64,000 bases of DNA from Callorhinchus milii. Its lineage: Eukaryota. Each line of letters starts with the position of its first letter. Position 1 is the stretch's first letter. The stretch lies in the NCBI RefSeq assembly GCF_018977255.1, contig NW_024704743.1, forward strand, positions 93,374,001-93,438,000, read 5' to 3'. Positions 14,614 through 27,849 of this stretch are shown piece after piece. Under the pieces are notes generated by a model that was given only the letters and a program-made list of their open reading frames with translations, was not told the origin of the DNA and ran no database searches. Both the position numbers and the translations under genes were made by a program.

Positions 14614-15030
14614 ATGTGTGTCAGTCTGGCTCAGTTGGTTGCATCTTCCCTTCTGGATCAGAAGGTTATGGGTTCAAATCCCTCAACAGGATTTGGATGC
14701 AACATTAAACAAATGTCCTGTCAGTCCCATCTGCCTGTCCAGGTGGATATCAGTTGCCACAGCACCCATATATCCTGCTCCTGATTAGTGTAGAGGATGA
14801 ACGGTAAATTGTAATCTGTGCATATTTATATATGAAGGAAGTTTATCTTGGTGTCCTGGCTCACAATTGCCTAAACAAAATTGGTTATTCATTTCATGGC
14901 TGTTTGTGGGACATTGCTATGTGCAAATTGGCTGCCACGGTCATTACACTTTACAATGTATCCTGTAAAATTCTTTGAGTCGTCCTTCTGACATGAAAGG
15001 CACCATATTGTAAGGATTATTATTATGATA
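14614..15030 (+). mobile_element. Old DeuSINE-like element (rearranged)
   Basis: TGTCAGTCTGGCTCAGTTGG head; GGCTGTTTGTGGGACATTGC 3' part; tail. Confidence 0.65.
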
Positions 15031-17399
15031 AATACTCTATGTTCTTTTCCCTTCAGCCAATGTCGTAGTATTTTTATCCATTTGTGATAATAAATAATGA
15101 TTCTATTTTATAATGCTGGTTCCGCTCACCATAATTAAAATGAAAGCCCATAACACATATATTATCCTGTATTTGATCACACAATGGTAATCAATGGTTG
15201 ATTCCCCCCAACCTAACCCAAGACACTGAAGCCTAATGTAGTATATCTTATACTGACTGAGATCAGCTAACTCAGGACATATTGTAGATAGAAAATAAGA
15301 ACTTCCTCATATGTAGACTTCACGAACGACAGCATGAATTCTTTGGATCATCAGGGAATTTACTGGATGGTGTTGTTTGAAGTAAATTGAAACACAAGAA
15401 CAACAAACCAGCTAGACACGATAATGTTGACTGGACTGCGACATGCGTGAGAGAAGCTCAAGTAAAAAAAGTGTTAACAGCTTTTTTATCTTAGCAATTT
15501 GATCGAGTGATTGACTGCTATTCAAACTATGTTCAGCCACTCTCAGGACTGTGAAGAGTAGGAACATCAAACTGTATAACTAATAGAAAGGAAGTGGATT
15601 GTGAATGGCAGTACCCGGCAGCCTCCTGGTTATGGCCAGATGAGATTTCATTGTTAAAAGCAACTTACTCTCGAAATACGAGTATGTGACTTAGTGAATT
15701 GACAGTGTGGATGAAGAACACTGAAGCATCAATGGAGTGCGTGGATTTTCTCAAAATACAAGAACTCTATTGCTGACATAGGAAGCATTAGGGGAACATA
15801 GTTCCTGTAGCAGAGTCTGACAAAACCAGGAGGGTGTTGCAGAAGCCTTTAGGAATCTACCAGACACAACTGACACACAGTTGTGAAGTGATGGCTTGAA
15901 ACATTTTAATGAATTATGTCAGTGGCTGAAGACAAGAACTCAATGGTCATATACAATTCAGTGATACTATTTTCTTGGTCTTCATTGGAAATACCACTGC
16001 AGAGAAACTAGTCATGTTGTGAAATCAGACAGCACATTTATTTAGTCCAGTTGAGACTTATCTTGAAGTGAGAATAATGATATGATTCAATAGCAGAGAG
16101 CAAATTCTTTCAGCACTTTCATTCAAAATAGTCATTGAATCTGCTATAGAATTTTATTCCCAATGAATTTGACTTTTATAATTAAATTTAACATGCTGAC
16201 AAGTGTAAAATTCAAACATTTCACTTTCTGACTTTTGTTGAACTTTACAGATAGTTATGAATCTTTCCTTTATAACATTATGCAAAAATTGGACCCAAGC
16301 CCAAATCTTCCAATAACTCCCTCTCTGTGAACTTGCGTGCCTCGTCTGCCCAGTTAATTTTGCCCAATGGTAAGGTCAGGGAAATGCCTAAGTGGAGAGA
16401 AATGCCTACTCTAGCAGCAGAGCTCACAAAATAGCTTTTTCTCCAAGTGAAAAATATCAGTTTCACAAAAGAAATGTTGTTATGTTCTTGGCCACTACTC
16501 TCACGGTGAGAATAAGGTTGAGCAAACATTCAGTAATTGTTTAGGGAGGGAGATTGTGCAGAAAGGGTTATGGATACAGAAGCACATCATGTCAGAGTGG
16601 GAATTAGAGATAAGTAATAATAATAATTCTTGCATATAATATAGTGCCTTATCACGTCATTGAGATGTATCAAGTCACTTCACAGGATATACTGTAAAGT
16701 GAATTGTTAGTATAGATTGTGGTGAAATTAGGCAGCTTGTTGCACACAGCAATGTCCCACACATAACCATGGAGTGAGTGATCATTTTATTTGGGAGAAT
16801 GTTGGCCAGGATACTGGGAGAAATTCACTTCTCTTTTCAAATAATCATGAGGAGAGGAGATTTGAACATACATTGAACAATTTGAGAGGAGATATCAGGT
16901 ATTGGGAATTAGAGGTATGTGTGAGGAGAGTATGATTACACATCTTTCTATCTATCATTATTATATTCATGCTATCTTCCAGAATATTAATTCATTTCCA
17001 TATTTCCCCTTCCTAGACTTCTTGCCCCAGCATCACAGCAACAATTATGGCCATAGAATATCTCAAAATCCTTCATCACCATTCATCTATTCTGTACCAA
17101 CTCTAATAAGATGACCCACATCTTGATCTTACAGTAGTAAGATTAATGGATATGAGTCACTCTACAATCTCTAACAAAAAGCACATTTGAGCACAGTAGC
17201 AATTTTCTTTCAATAGTTCAGAGCCCTGAAATGCAGTATGATGAAAACAAGGAACTTAAACACAGATATGCTATTCATAGATAATTAATAGTTAATGGTA
17301 ATAATTCCTAAAATTAGGATTTATCACTGATAGTGTATTCATATAGGCTAGGCACAGATTCCGATAGCTGGACAAATTATATATTCTGAATTTCTATAG

Positions 17400-17800
17400 G
17401 GTGTCAACTTGGTTCAGTTGGCAGCATATTCACCTCTGGCTCAGGTAGTTATGAGCTCAAGTTGTATGTTATGACTTGAGCTCACTATCTAGGTAAACAA
17501 TTCAGTGCAGCATGGGGGAAACTTCAATGTTTCATTCTTCAGATCAAACCTACAGTCCTATCTGCCTGTTCAGGTGAACATTAAAGATGCTTTGAAACTC
17601 TTCAAAAATACATGAAAGCTTCTCATACATCATAACAATCCTCCAGACAAAGTCAGTCAAACGAGTAATGGCTGCTTCTGGGCTTTGCTGAGCACAAAAT
17701 TACTGCTAGGTTTACCTATGAAAAAACAGTCACTACATTTAAAAACAATTAGTTGTGAGACATTAACAATACAGGAACTATATCAAATGCAGGATTATTA
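17400..17800 (+). mobile_element. Very old DeuSINE-like element
   Basis: Degenerate head and TCTGCCTGTTCAGGTGAACATTAAAGAT motif. Confidence 0.6.
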
Positions 17801-18659
17801 TCATACATAATTTAGGTTCCTAATTATGGATAATAATAATTTTTTGTATGAATAAGTAGATTCATTTACCAACAGAGAAACGTTCATTTCCCACAATAAG
17901 GAGTTTGCATTTCTAAATTTAAACTATTGTCAGCAACTCATATTTGTGTGACAGACAGAATGCAAAATAACCTTTCTATCTCTTCTTCAGATTTAACATC
18001 TTCGAAGGGATTTAAAATAACTTACCAGGGATATTATAATTAAGATGTTACTATGCTCAGCTCTAAAAAAGTACAATTATAACACATTTGATCTGTGAGT
18101 GGCAAGATATTGCTTCCAAGAAAAACTCATCTAAACCAGCTGGTGCTACCAGTGGCAATGCAGAACTTGATTACAGTTCCATGAAGTACTTCTATAAATG
18201 TGACAAATGCAGCTATCATTTCATACATTTTAAGGACGATAAGGAACTCTAAGTAGATAAGGTTACTTGGTTCCTTACTGGTTACATAAAGCAATGCTAC
18301 AAGCTTTCTTCACAAAATACGTCAGAAATGAATAAACCCTTCTCAGCCCAGCCCCAACACCATAGGAAAGGGAGGGGGGTTGGGGGTGGACTTCACCTCC
18401 TCAAGATGTCACAGCCCTTGAGCCTGCCTGCCCTGAGGTTCTACTGCCCATGACAATATCTTTGATTGCATTTTTGGCCATCTTTCCTCCCTCACCCCCG
18501 CTACCCCTCATGAAGGCAATCCACAATGAATTATAGACATGCTAGGTTATCATCAATGTTGAGTATGAAGGGAAACAAAATACTGGAGAAGCAGCTAATG
18601 GTTCAGGATTGTGTTGAACATATTTAGCTTTCAAATAATAGTGAAATAAAGATATATGA

Positions 18660-18980
18660 TTGAGTTTTTTTTAAGGTGTATTGATTGTAATTGTAGGCAA
18701 ATGCAGCAGTCAATTTGCACATGGAAATATCCCACAGTCAGGAAGTGAAAGAGTTTTTTTTTAAATCAGGTTTGTTGTCTAGGAGACCCGGAAAAACTCC
18801 TTTCTCTTTTTGAATAGTGTCAGGGGATCTTTAAACTCCACCTTAACAACAAACAGGAGCTTGGTTTAAAATATCATTTGAAGAACGGCACCTCCAACAA
18901 TGCAACACTGCTCTAACAATGCATTCGAATGACAACCTTTAGACTCAGAGATAAGTCCCATTAACTGAGCCAGGTTGACA
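18660..18980 (-). mobile_element. Old DeuSINE-like element
   Basis: Degenerate Deu motifs on the minus strand. Confidence 0.6.
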
Positions 18981-19444
18981 CCACATATTATCCTTCAATT
19001 GCACTTGATCAACTTTATTTTAATAATTCAAAAGATGATATGTTTTTCAAAGAGATTTTACTTCACACCAATATTGCTCAACAGAGAGAAAAACATGTTC
19101 CAGGTGCTGTAAAAAAAACAGAAGAGTCTGGTGATTCCAATTTAATTCCTTTTCATAAAAGTGCTTTGAGATGTGGAATAATGGAAAGTTTACTGTGCTG
19201 GTGTTAGTTGAGGTTATCCACTCTAATCCCATTATGCCCTTTCCCCATGTTATTTTGCTTAAAGTATGTATCCAATTTAAATTTTAAATGCTGTTATTTC
19301 ATAAATACTCAAATTGTCAACAATGTTTGTGCAAATAATTGCTATTTGTGTAGAAATATAAAATATTTGAACAGGAATGTCACTTTCACAGTTCCAAGGA
19401 TTCTTTGTTAAAATAACAATTTTCATCTCCTTCCTTTAAATACA

Positions 19445-19915
19445 TGTCAGTGTATGGCGCAGTAGTAGCACTCTAGCCTCTGAGTCAGAGGGTTGTGGGT
19501 TCAAGCCTCATGTTTTGGACTTGGAATCACAGGGTCTAAGATGACATCCCAATGCAACGCTGGGGATGTATTGCATTATAGGAAGTGCCATCTTTTGGAT
19601 GAGACGTTAAACCGTCTGCCTGCTCAGCTGGACGTTAAAGATCTCATGGCATTATTCGAAAAGAGAAGGGATAAGAGAAGAAGCCCATTGTCCTGGCCAA
19701 CCAATCCCCTAAAATAAATTGGGTCACTCACTTCATGGCTGTTTGTGGGACATTGCTGTGTACAACTGGCTGCCGCATTTCACCCACAAAATGCACAATC
19801 AATCCATTTTACAGCATATCCTGGGAAGTGCTTTGAGATGTCTCAATACCATGATATCAAATGCAGATGTCTCCACAGCGCTATATCAAATGCAAAGATT
19901 ATTAGTATTATTATT
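19445..19915 (+). mobile_element. Old DeuSINE-like element (SacSINE1/AmnSINE1-type body)
   Basis: Head AGCACTCTAGCCTCTGAGTCAGAGGGTTGTGGGTTCAAG; body GGATGAGACGTTAAACCG...AAAGATCTCATGGCATTATTCGAA; 3' GCTGTTTGTGGGA..GCTGTG..TGGCTGCCG. Matches the Deu consensus as I recall it. Confidence 0.8.
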
Positions 19916-20690
19916 GTTTCTTCAATGATTAGGACCCCTTGCTTCTACTGGAATTATCACTAATCCAGGGAATACCATATGTGCTCTGCATTGTATTCTG
20001 GATGGGTCTGGGTTGAAAAACAAAATATATTGTAGCTCACTTCAAATCACTTGAACCCTTCTGGATTAATTTACTCCAATTTGACTTTTGATTTCTATTT
20101 GCTAATCTTACCACTGAGGTGCATTTATAAGCCTAGCCATTAGCATTTCTCCATAGCAACTGCATACAATATTATGCAGGAAAATACTATTATTTTCTCC
20201 CTTTCACGTATACTGAAACAGCAAGCTGTTTTTCTACTACCAGCTAGTTAGTTCTATTTATAATAATCCTTGCATTTGAGTACTTTATCTTGTCTTCAAA
20301 CTGTCTCAAAGCGCTTCACAGCACTTTTTCTGTGAAGTGCAGTGAATGTGTATTTTGTAGGTGAGCAAGTACAACAATGACATTGATTTTAATTTTTTTA
20401 TAGAGAAAGCAATGGATATACAACAGGTAGCACTTATATGGCACCTTTCACATAGTGTAACATCGCAAAGAGTTTTATAGAGATGGAGTGGGATAATAAT
20501 AAAAATAATAATAATCCTTGGATTTGATATAGAGACTTATCATGTCTCCGAGACTTCTCAAAGAATTTCACAGAATATACTGCAGAGTGAATTGATTTTT
20601 TGGTGGCGAAACATGGCAGCCAATTGCACACAGTAATGTCCCACAAAACATGGGATTGAGTGACCACATTTTATTACACTTTTATTTATT

Positions 20691-21110
20691 TCACCTACAA
20701 GGCCATTCACGGCCTCGCTCCCTCCTACCTCTCCGACCTACTATTCCCCTACTTACCTGCCCGTACCCTCCGCTCCTCGGGCTCCGGTCTGCTCCACATC
20801 TCCCTCACCAAACGCCCTACCATCGGTGGCCGGGCCTTCAGCCTCTCAGCCCCTAGGCTCTGGAACTCTATCCTCCAGTGCCTTCACCTGGCTTCCTCCC
20901 TTTCCTCCTTCAAGGCCGGTCTCAAGACCTTTCTCTTTGACCGTGCCTTCAGCTCCCCTCTCGACTCTCTACCCCCTTCTCACTCCCTCCCTTCTCTCCC
21001 CTCACCCTGACCATTTCCCCCTTACTCGGGTCCTGACCCAACTGTACAGCGCCTTGGGACGTCCTCCCGACGTGAAAGGCGCTCTATAAATGGAATCTTG
21101 TTGTTGTTGT
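20691..21110 (+). mobile_element. L2 family A 3' fragment
   Basis: [13 protein letters not shown]...LPSP*, 3' hairpin, (TTG)n tail. Confidence 0.9.
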
Positions 21111-21124
21111 ATTTTTGAAGTGAT

Positions 21125-21299
21125 TATTAGACCAGGAAAAGTGATCTGGCATTCGATTAACAACCGGGTTCCTATTTGCTGCAACCGGGTTCCTATTTGG
21201 AGTAAGGAAACTTGCCAAACAGTTTGCCCTGCCCGGAAATCAAACCCAGGTTGTCTTGCTTGCGAGGCGAATGCTATAACCAATGTACTGCAGGACTCA
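21125..21299 (-). mobile_element. SINE subfamily B, 5' half
   Basis: tRNA-like head; internal duplication of CAACCGGGTTCCTATTTG. Confidence 0.75.
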
Positions 21300-22094
21300 A
21301 TGTATGGGATGAATATGGACTACTATTTGTAATGACAGTTATCATAAATTAAATTACTGACTTCATGCAACTTTAAAATCAATAATTCCAAAGATAAAAA
21401 TGGGATCCATTAAATCTGTGTAGTTAATGGCAGATAATTTTCAGTTGTTGAAACCATGGTAGCAAGTATAACATTGAAGTGAATTGATTGTTTGAGAATT
21501 AAAGGGTAAATAGCAAATGACTGGACACTTTCAAAACAAAACATATTGTTCAGCGACAGAGAGATGCAAAACACATGGGATGAAATCTGACATGAAAACT
21601 CCTTTCTTGGATCAGCTACCCAATTATTGCAGATATCCAGAGTATTAATCCTAGCCACACTACCTCAAACAACAATGGCAAGAACCTTTAATTGTACAAA
21701 TTAATTACTTAAGATGCTTCTTAGTTTCATTATAACTAAGTTTTAAGAAGTATTCCTGTACTTCACTTTTTCACAAAAATCTAATGATTATGTTAATACA
21801 TTGCCATTACAGTATTATTCTGAACAGCATGCAGAAAGAAAGAAAAAGCATTGTTCTAATACTGTCCTACACTACTTACAAGACAAGATGCTATATAGGG
21901 GCCTACATAGAAGGCACTATTTAAGTGGAAGTTGTTGTAGTTGTTATATTCACAACAATACAGTAAATCTGGTGCCACAATGTGAGGCAATAACAGTATT
22001 AGTGGAATAATGCAGGATCCCTCCCTCAACATGGCGAGTTAGGTTGGGTAAAACCCAAAGGTGGGATATAGAGGGAGCAGGAACAGACAAGTCC

Positions 22095-22418
22095 TGGAGT
22101 CCTGTAGCTCAGTGGTTAGAGCACTCGCTTTGCAAGCGAGAGACCTGAGTTCAATTCCAGGCAGGGCGAAACCTTGGGCAAGTTTCCTTACTCCACACGC
22201 CTAATAATAATCCCTTCAAAAACCCCAAAACAATAATAAATTGGTCATTTTCAATCTACGACTGTTTGTGGGACATTGCTGTGCGCAATTGGCTGCCGCG
22301 TTTGGCCACAAATATACAGTCAATTCACTTTACAGTGTGTTCTGTGAAGCGCTTTGGGACGTCCTTCCGACGTGAAAAGCGCTATATCAAATGCAAGGAT
22401 TATTATTATTATTATTAT
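22095..22418 (+). mobile_element. Young tRNA-Ala-headed SINE, short subfamily C
   Basis: Box A TAGCTCAGTGG; anticodon arm CTCGC-TTTGCAA-GCGAG; box B GTTCAATTCC; L2-like hairpin; (TTA)n tail. Confidence 0.92.
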
Positions 22419-22925
22419 AAAGAGAAAATGAATGCATGCAGCATTACAAACGTTCTATCACTGATGTAGTAATTATTAATAAGTTACATTAAATGTAGTT
22501 ACAATGTCATTTCACTACCAGTATATTCAACCAATAAAAAACAAAAGAAAACCCCAAATCGCTTTGTGGATTCATATTCGTTTTCAATATATTTTTTAAA
22601 ATGGGTCTTTTAAGCTGCTGGAAGAGTTGTAGAAAATAGTTGCTTCATCCTGCTGAATATTATGCTTAAAATGCCTGCATAAAATGTATACTCATTAAAA
22701 AGTGCTAAATTTAATGTTCTATTAAACACTACATCTAATATGTGTTATATTTTGGGGTAAAGTTTGGGATGTTTCATAACCATTTTAGTTATGGTTTGTA
22801 TCCTTAGAACTGTAGAAATGTATGACACCATTTGGATGGTTATTTGGATTATTTTGTGTGTTGGTGTTTGGTCCTCCAAGAAGTCATCCATTCTAATACC
22901 AATTCCTTGTTCTTTCCATGTGCTG

Positions 22926-23304
22926 TAATGATAATCCTTGCATTTGATATGGCGCCTTATCACGTCTTCGAGACGTCTCAAAGTACTTCACAGAATATAC
23001 TGTAAAGTGAGTTGACTGTATATTTTGTGGGTGAAACTCGGCAGCCAACTGTGCACAGCAGTGTCCCACAAACAGTTGTGGACTGAGTGACCAATTTATT
23101 ATTATTAATTTTTTTTTGAAGGAATTATTACCCCCGGTAAAGCAAACCACCAATCAGCTAATAACCGAGTTCCTACTTACTGCTAGGTAAACAGAGGCGT
23201 ATGGAGTAAAGAAAGTTGCCCAGTGTTTCACCCTGTCCAGGAATTGAACCTAGTTGTCTCACTTGCGAGGCGAGTGCTCTAACCACTGAGCTATGCAATT
23301 CCAC
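22926..23304 (-). mobile_element. SINE subfamily B, full length
   Basis: Head, middle segment, and tail hairpin ACGTCT-CGA-AGACGT. Confidence 0.9.
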
Positions 23305-24213
23305 TGTACCCTCTCATACCTTTCTTCAGCATGTACATATCCATGTGTTCAAATGCCCAAATCAACACTGCTCTATTAAACAGTTCTACTTTTAAAAAAA
23401 ACTCTTTCATTTGATTCCCAGACAGTGAGATAGTTAGGCTTGCTTCCAATGAGCCATACCTTGCCTTTTTTAAGCAAAGAAAAGAAAGCAGCACATAATC
23501 CCAGCTCAGTTAATGGGCTCTAATAATGTATTCTAAGTCATGCTAACAAGGTATAAACACATTTGCACAGAGATAATGACCATAATGATATGGTTAAAAA
23601 CCAAGAGAAAGAATTGCAGAATCACCTCCATTGTTAATTACATAATTAAGAGCAACTGTGATTTGCTCTTTACACATAATTAGCACAATTCGCAAATTAG
23701 ATCCAGTTTGTTGCTACAAAAAAATCAGTTAAAAAAGTTGATAGTAAGAATACAAGTTAATATAAATCTCCTTGCTCACCAATCATTTGTCCATGTTAAC
23801 CATGTGGGGTTATGTTTAAACACTGTGATCGGATGAAATGTTCATGCTTACCCTGTTTGGTAAAACTGATGTGCACAGCTCAGTCAGGGACAGTGTAAAT
23901 GAAAAGCAACGTTAAAGATTCTGGATAGCATTATGCCAAACCATATGTCCACACGAGCATCAGAGAACTTTTGAAATGTCACTAGGTGACGTTTTCAATT
24001 TGTCATATGTTCAGAGATCCCCAAGTTACAGACAACTTGTATTATGGGCACCAGACTGATTAGCAGAAGCCACCACTGCCAGAATGTATTTCATTTGTGA
24101 TACGTATTATGACTTTCATCACTCAGTTTAATTCAGTTCAATATAATTCAAAGTCTTTCTTGTATTCATTTTTATTATGAATAAAACATGTTCACAGTAA
24201 TTAGCTAAAAGCT

Positions 24214-24457
24214 ATAATAATAATCCTTGCATTTGATATAGCTCTTTTCACGTCTTCTAGACGTCTCAAAGCACTTCACAGAATAGACTGTAATGCACAG
24301 TAATGCACGATTGTGTGTGGGACACTGCTGTGTGCAAATGGCTGCCACGTTTTGCCCACAAAATATACGAACAGTACACTTTACAGTATATTCTGTGAAG
24401 CACTTTGAGATGTCTGGAAGGCATGATAAGGCACTATATCAAATGCAAGGATTATTC
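24214..24457. repeat. Two SINE 3' ends back-to-back in inverted orientation
   Basis: 24214-24293 (-) and about 24305-24457 (+), tails pointing outward. Confidence 0.8.
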
Positions 24458-25885
24458 TTATTTTATATTGTTATAAACAAGCTACAGCAGAAGGGCCAAT
24501 ATTTTGATTTAGAAACCACATACAATGGGAACATGTTTCCTTAAATAATTATTTATTTGTAGCTCATAACCATCAATCTATGTCTTCATATCACAAAACT
24601 TGCAGGTGTACCAGGAAAAAAATCCTTCTCTTTTTGAATAGTGGTATGGAATCGTTAATGTTCACCTGAACAAGTGGATGGGACCTCGATTGAAAGTCTC
24701 AAGACAGAATTTCCAACTAAGTGTCATTACAATCCCAGAAGATAGCGAACAAGCTATCTTCTACTCGCAGGATTCAAACATTCTGAGACAAAGTCAATAT
24801 TTCTAGACACCGTGAAGGCCACATGTTCAACAGCTTTGAAGCGAATAACTAGTTTTATCTGGGAGGCATTAGCATGTGCTAGGAGAATTGGGAGTCAGGA
24901 GTTTACACGCGGGACTATGAAAATTTTTGGTCCACGGAATTGTTATTAATTTTTCAGTTTCGGTCTAGTTAGGTTCAAATTCAGGATATGTGGCGCCAGG
25001 GTTTTGCAGTATATGAGTTCAAAGCTCTGACAATTAGAATAATAATTGAACACACTGAATTATATTAACATACAATTGTACAATTGTTAGTGACTACGTC
25101 AGGATGTTTTGATTTTTATCACTGTAATGAGACTCTGCTGAAGCACTGGCGTACTAAAAGCTCTGAGATGTTACCCTGTGTGGAGTAGGCTACATAAGTA
25201 CAAGTTGTTGTTGTCATCGTCTTATATCGAGGAGTCTAATATTGTCGTGGGATGGGAGGCTCATTCTGAAAGTCTCAGTGCAGGAATAGATAAGTACCAG
25301 TGAAATGTACATCTACAAGTTTTGTGACATAAAGACATAGTTTGATGGCTATGAGCTAAAAAATAAATGTTTCTTTAAGGAATCGTGTTCCCAATTGTAA
25401 GTGGTTTCAAAATCAACATATTTGGCCTTCTACTGCAGCTTGTTTGTGGCAAGTTTAGTAGCTGTAAATCAACAGTGATCTAAATGCTGCCCAAAGCAAC
25501 GGAATTCAAAAAGTAAACTAATACTAGACCGTACCCAGATATAAATGTTAAATGGAACATTAATGTGGTTCAATTAACATTTATAATGTGGTATTGTCCA
25601 ACTTTTATATCAAAAGAAGAGCTTCAGAATTTCACACACTTACCTTATTTTACTCTCCAAATGATATCACTAACTCATCAAATATTGGCAGCTTTGAATA
25701 TGAAGACCAAAAGGAATTGGTGTGGGAATGATACATTGGTAGAGAAGCACCTACTATTCCAAAGTTAAGTGAAAGGGATTTTGTTGCATCTGGCTAGCAT
25801 TATAACTAAAATGGTTGCATTTCAAGTTGACTTTAGGTGCTTTAATATGAATATGATACTGTATGTGCAAATGGCAAATCCTGTT

Positions 25886-27760
25886 GAACAACAACAACAA
25901 ATTACACTTGTATAGCACCCTTCATGTTAGAAAGACGTGCCAGCATGCTGGACAGTCAGGGGTTTTTGGACCCGAGCTGGGAGATAGGGTCAGGAGGAGT
26001 AAAGGGCAGGGGGTTGGAGGTGGGAGGGTGGCTGAAGGCACAGTTGAAGAGGAATGTCTTTAGACGGGACTTAAAGGAGGCAAGAGAGGTGGTGAGGTGG
26101 ACGGATTGCGGGACATAGTTCCAGAGTGTGGGGACAGAAATGCTGAATATCCGACCACCAATGGTGTGGCGGGAAGTGCAGGGGTAGCAGGCCAGTGTCC
26201 ACCAAGTGGAGAGAGCGGACAGGTTGACATGGGGTTAGGATATTGGAGAGGTGGGGGGGAGCAAGATTGTGGAGGGCTTTGAAGGTGAGAATGAGGGTTT
26301 TGTACTCAATTTTCTGAGGGATGGGGAACCAATAAAGCCAGGCAAGAATGGAAGTGATTGGTTTGCAGAGCCTGCTGTGGAAGAGGACATGAGCTGTTGA
26401 GTTCTGAATGATCTGCAGCTTGTGGAGGGAAGAGTTGGGAAGTCCTGCAAGCAGGCAGTTGGTGTACTCAAGCTGGGACGTAATGAAAGCATGGATCAGA
26501 GTCTCGGGGGTCTGCGGTGAGAAGCAGTGGTGGAGGCGGGTAATGTTGAGAGTTGGGGAAAGGTGGAACGGGTCACTGCACGAATGTTGGATAGCTGATG
26601 GTCAAAAAGGGCACTGAGGTTTTATATTGGCTTGGTGAGGTGAAGAGTACAGCCATAAATAATGATACTGTCAGCAGCTGAGATGAGGAGGTGCTGCCGG
26701 GAGCCAAGCAGGAGGGTCTCTGACTTGCCAATTGAGCTGGAGGAAGTTTGCTCTCGTCCAGGACTTAATGTCGGACAGACAATTAGCCAGGACATCATTG
26801 GTCCTGGAGTCGAGAGTGGAGACAGCAAGTTAGAGTTGGGTGTAATCCACATAAATGTGGAAATTGACCCCATGCCTGTGAATGACATCACCGAGAGGGA
26901 GCATGTATAGATTGAAGAGGAGGGGACCGAGGACAGAGCCCTGAGGGATGCCACACATGACAGTGCAGGAGTTAGAGAAGAAGCCATTGGTGGACATGAA
27001 GTGCAGATTGTGGGAATGGTAGGATTGGAATCAGGCAAGGACAAAATCGTTGAGTTGAAGGTGAGAGGAGAGGTGGTGGAGAAGAACAGAGTGGTCGATG
27101 TATTGAAAGCGGCCGAGAAGGATGAAGAGATCACAGGTGGACAGAATGTCATTTGTCACCTTGTCCAGGGTTGTCTCTGTCCTGTGAGCAGCACGAAACC
27201 CAGATGGTAAGGGTTCATGGACAAAATGCTGGGAGAAGGACGGGCAAAGCTGGGAAGCGACTACTTCTTCTATGACCTTGCAAAGAAAAGGAAGATTTGA
27301 AATGGGATGGGAGTTGAAGAGCAGAGATGGGTCGAGAGAAGATTTTTTGAGGGTAGGGTTGATGATGGCTGTCTTTAGAGGGATGGGTGTGGTGCCAATA
27401 GACAGGGAGAGGTTAACAACGTCTGTTAGTAGGGGGCAAAGAGGTGGAGTTGGGAGGTAAGGAAAGGGGTAGGGATGAGGTTAAGGGAGAAGGTGGTGGG
27501 TTTCATATGAGAAATGATGGTGAGCGAAGAGGGAGAAACAGTTGTAGAGGTCAAAAGGGTGGAGGGAGGCATGAGTGGGGCCTGGAAGGGAAGTGAGAGG
27601 TGGGGAGGGGGTGGCGGTAGAGGAGGTAGAGGCGGCAGAGCTGATCCTCTTGACTTTGGATGCGAGAAAATCCATCACGTTCTCACAATTATTTTGGGGG
27701 GAGAGGATAGCAGAGGCACGGGAAAGTGGATGGAGAAGTTGATTAATGATAGAAAAGATA
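25886..27760 (-). mobile_element. Old decayed L2 copy
   Basis: (CAA)n tail and hairpin at 25886-25950; fragmented RT homology on the minus strand. Confidence 0.8.
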
Positions 27761-27849
27761 ATAATAGTAGTAGTTACTGAAATGGGTAACAAATTATTCT
27801 TTCTTGTTAGACACATTCATTTGATGAATATTTCGATTTGTATCACTGT

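Noticed and set aside
22095..22170. tRNA-Ala genes
   Set aside because: Always attached to the SINE body and tail, with an imperfect T stem and no T-run terminator.
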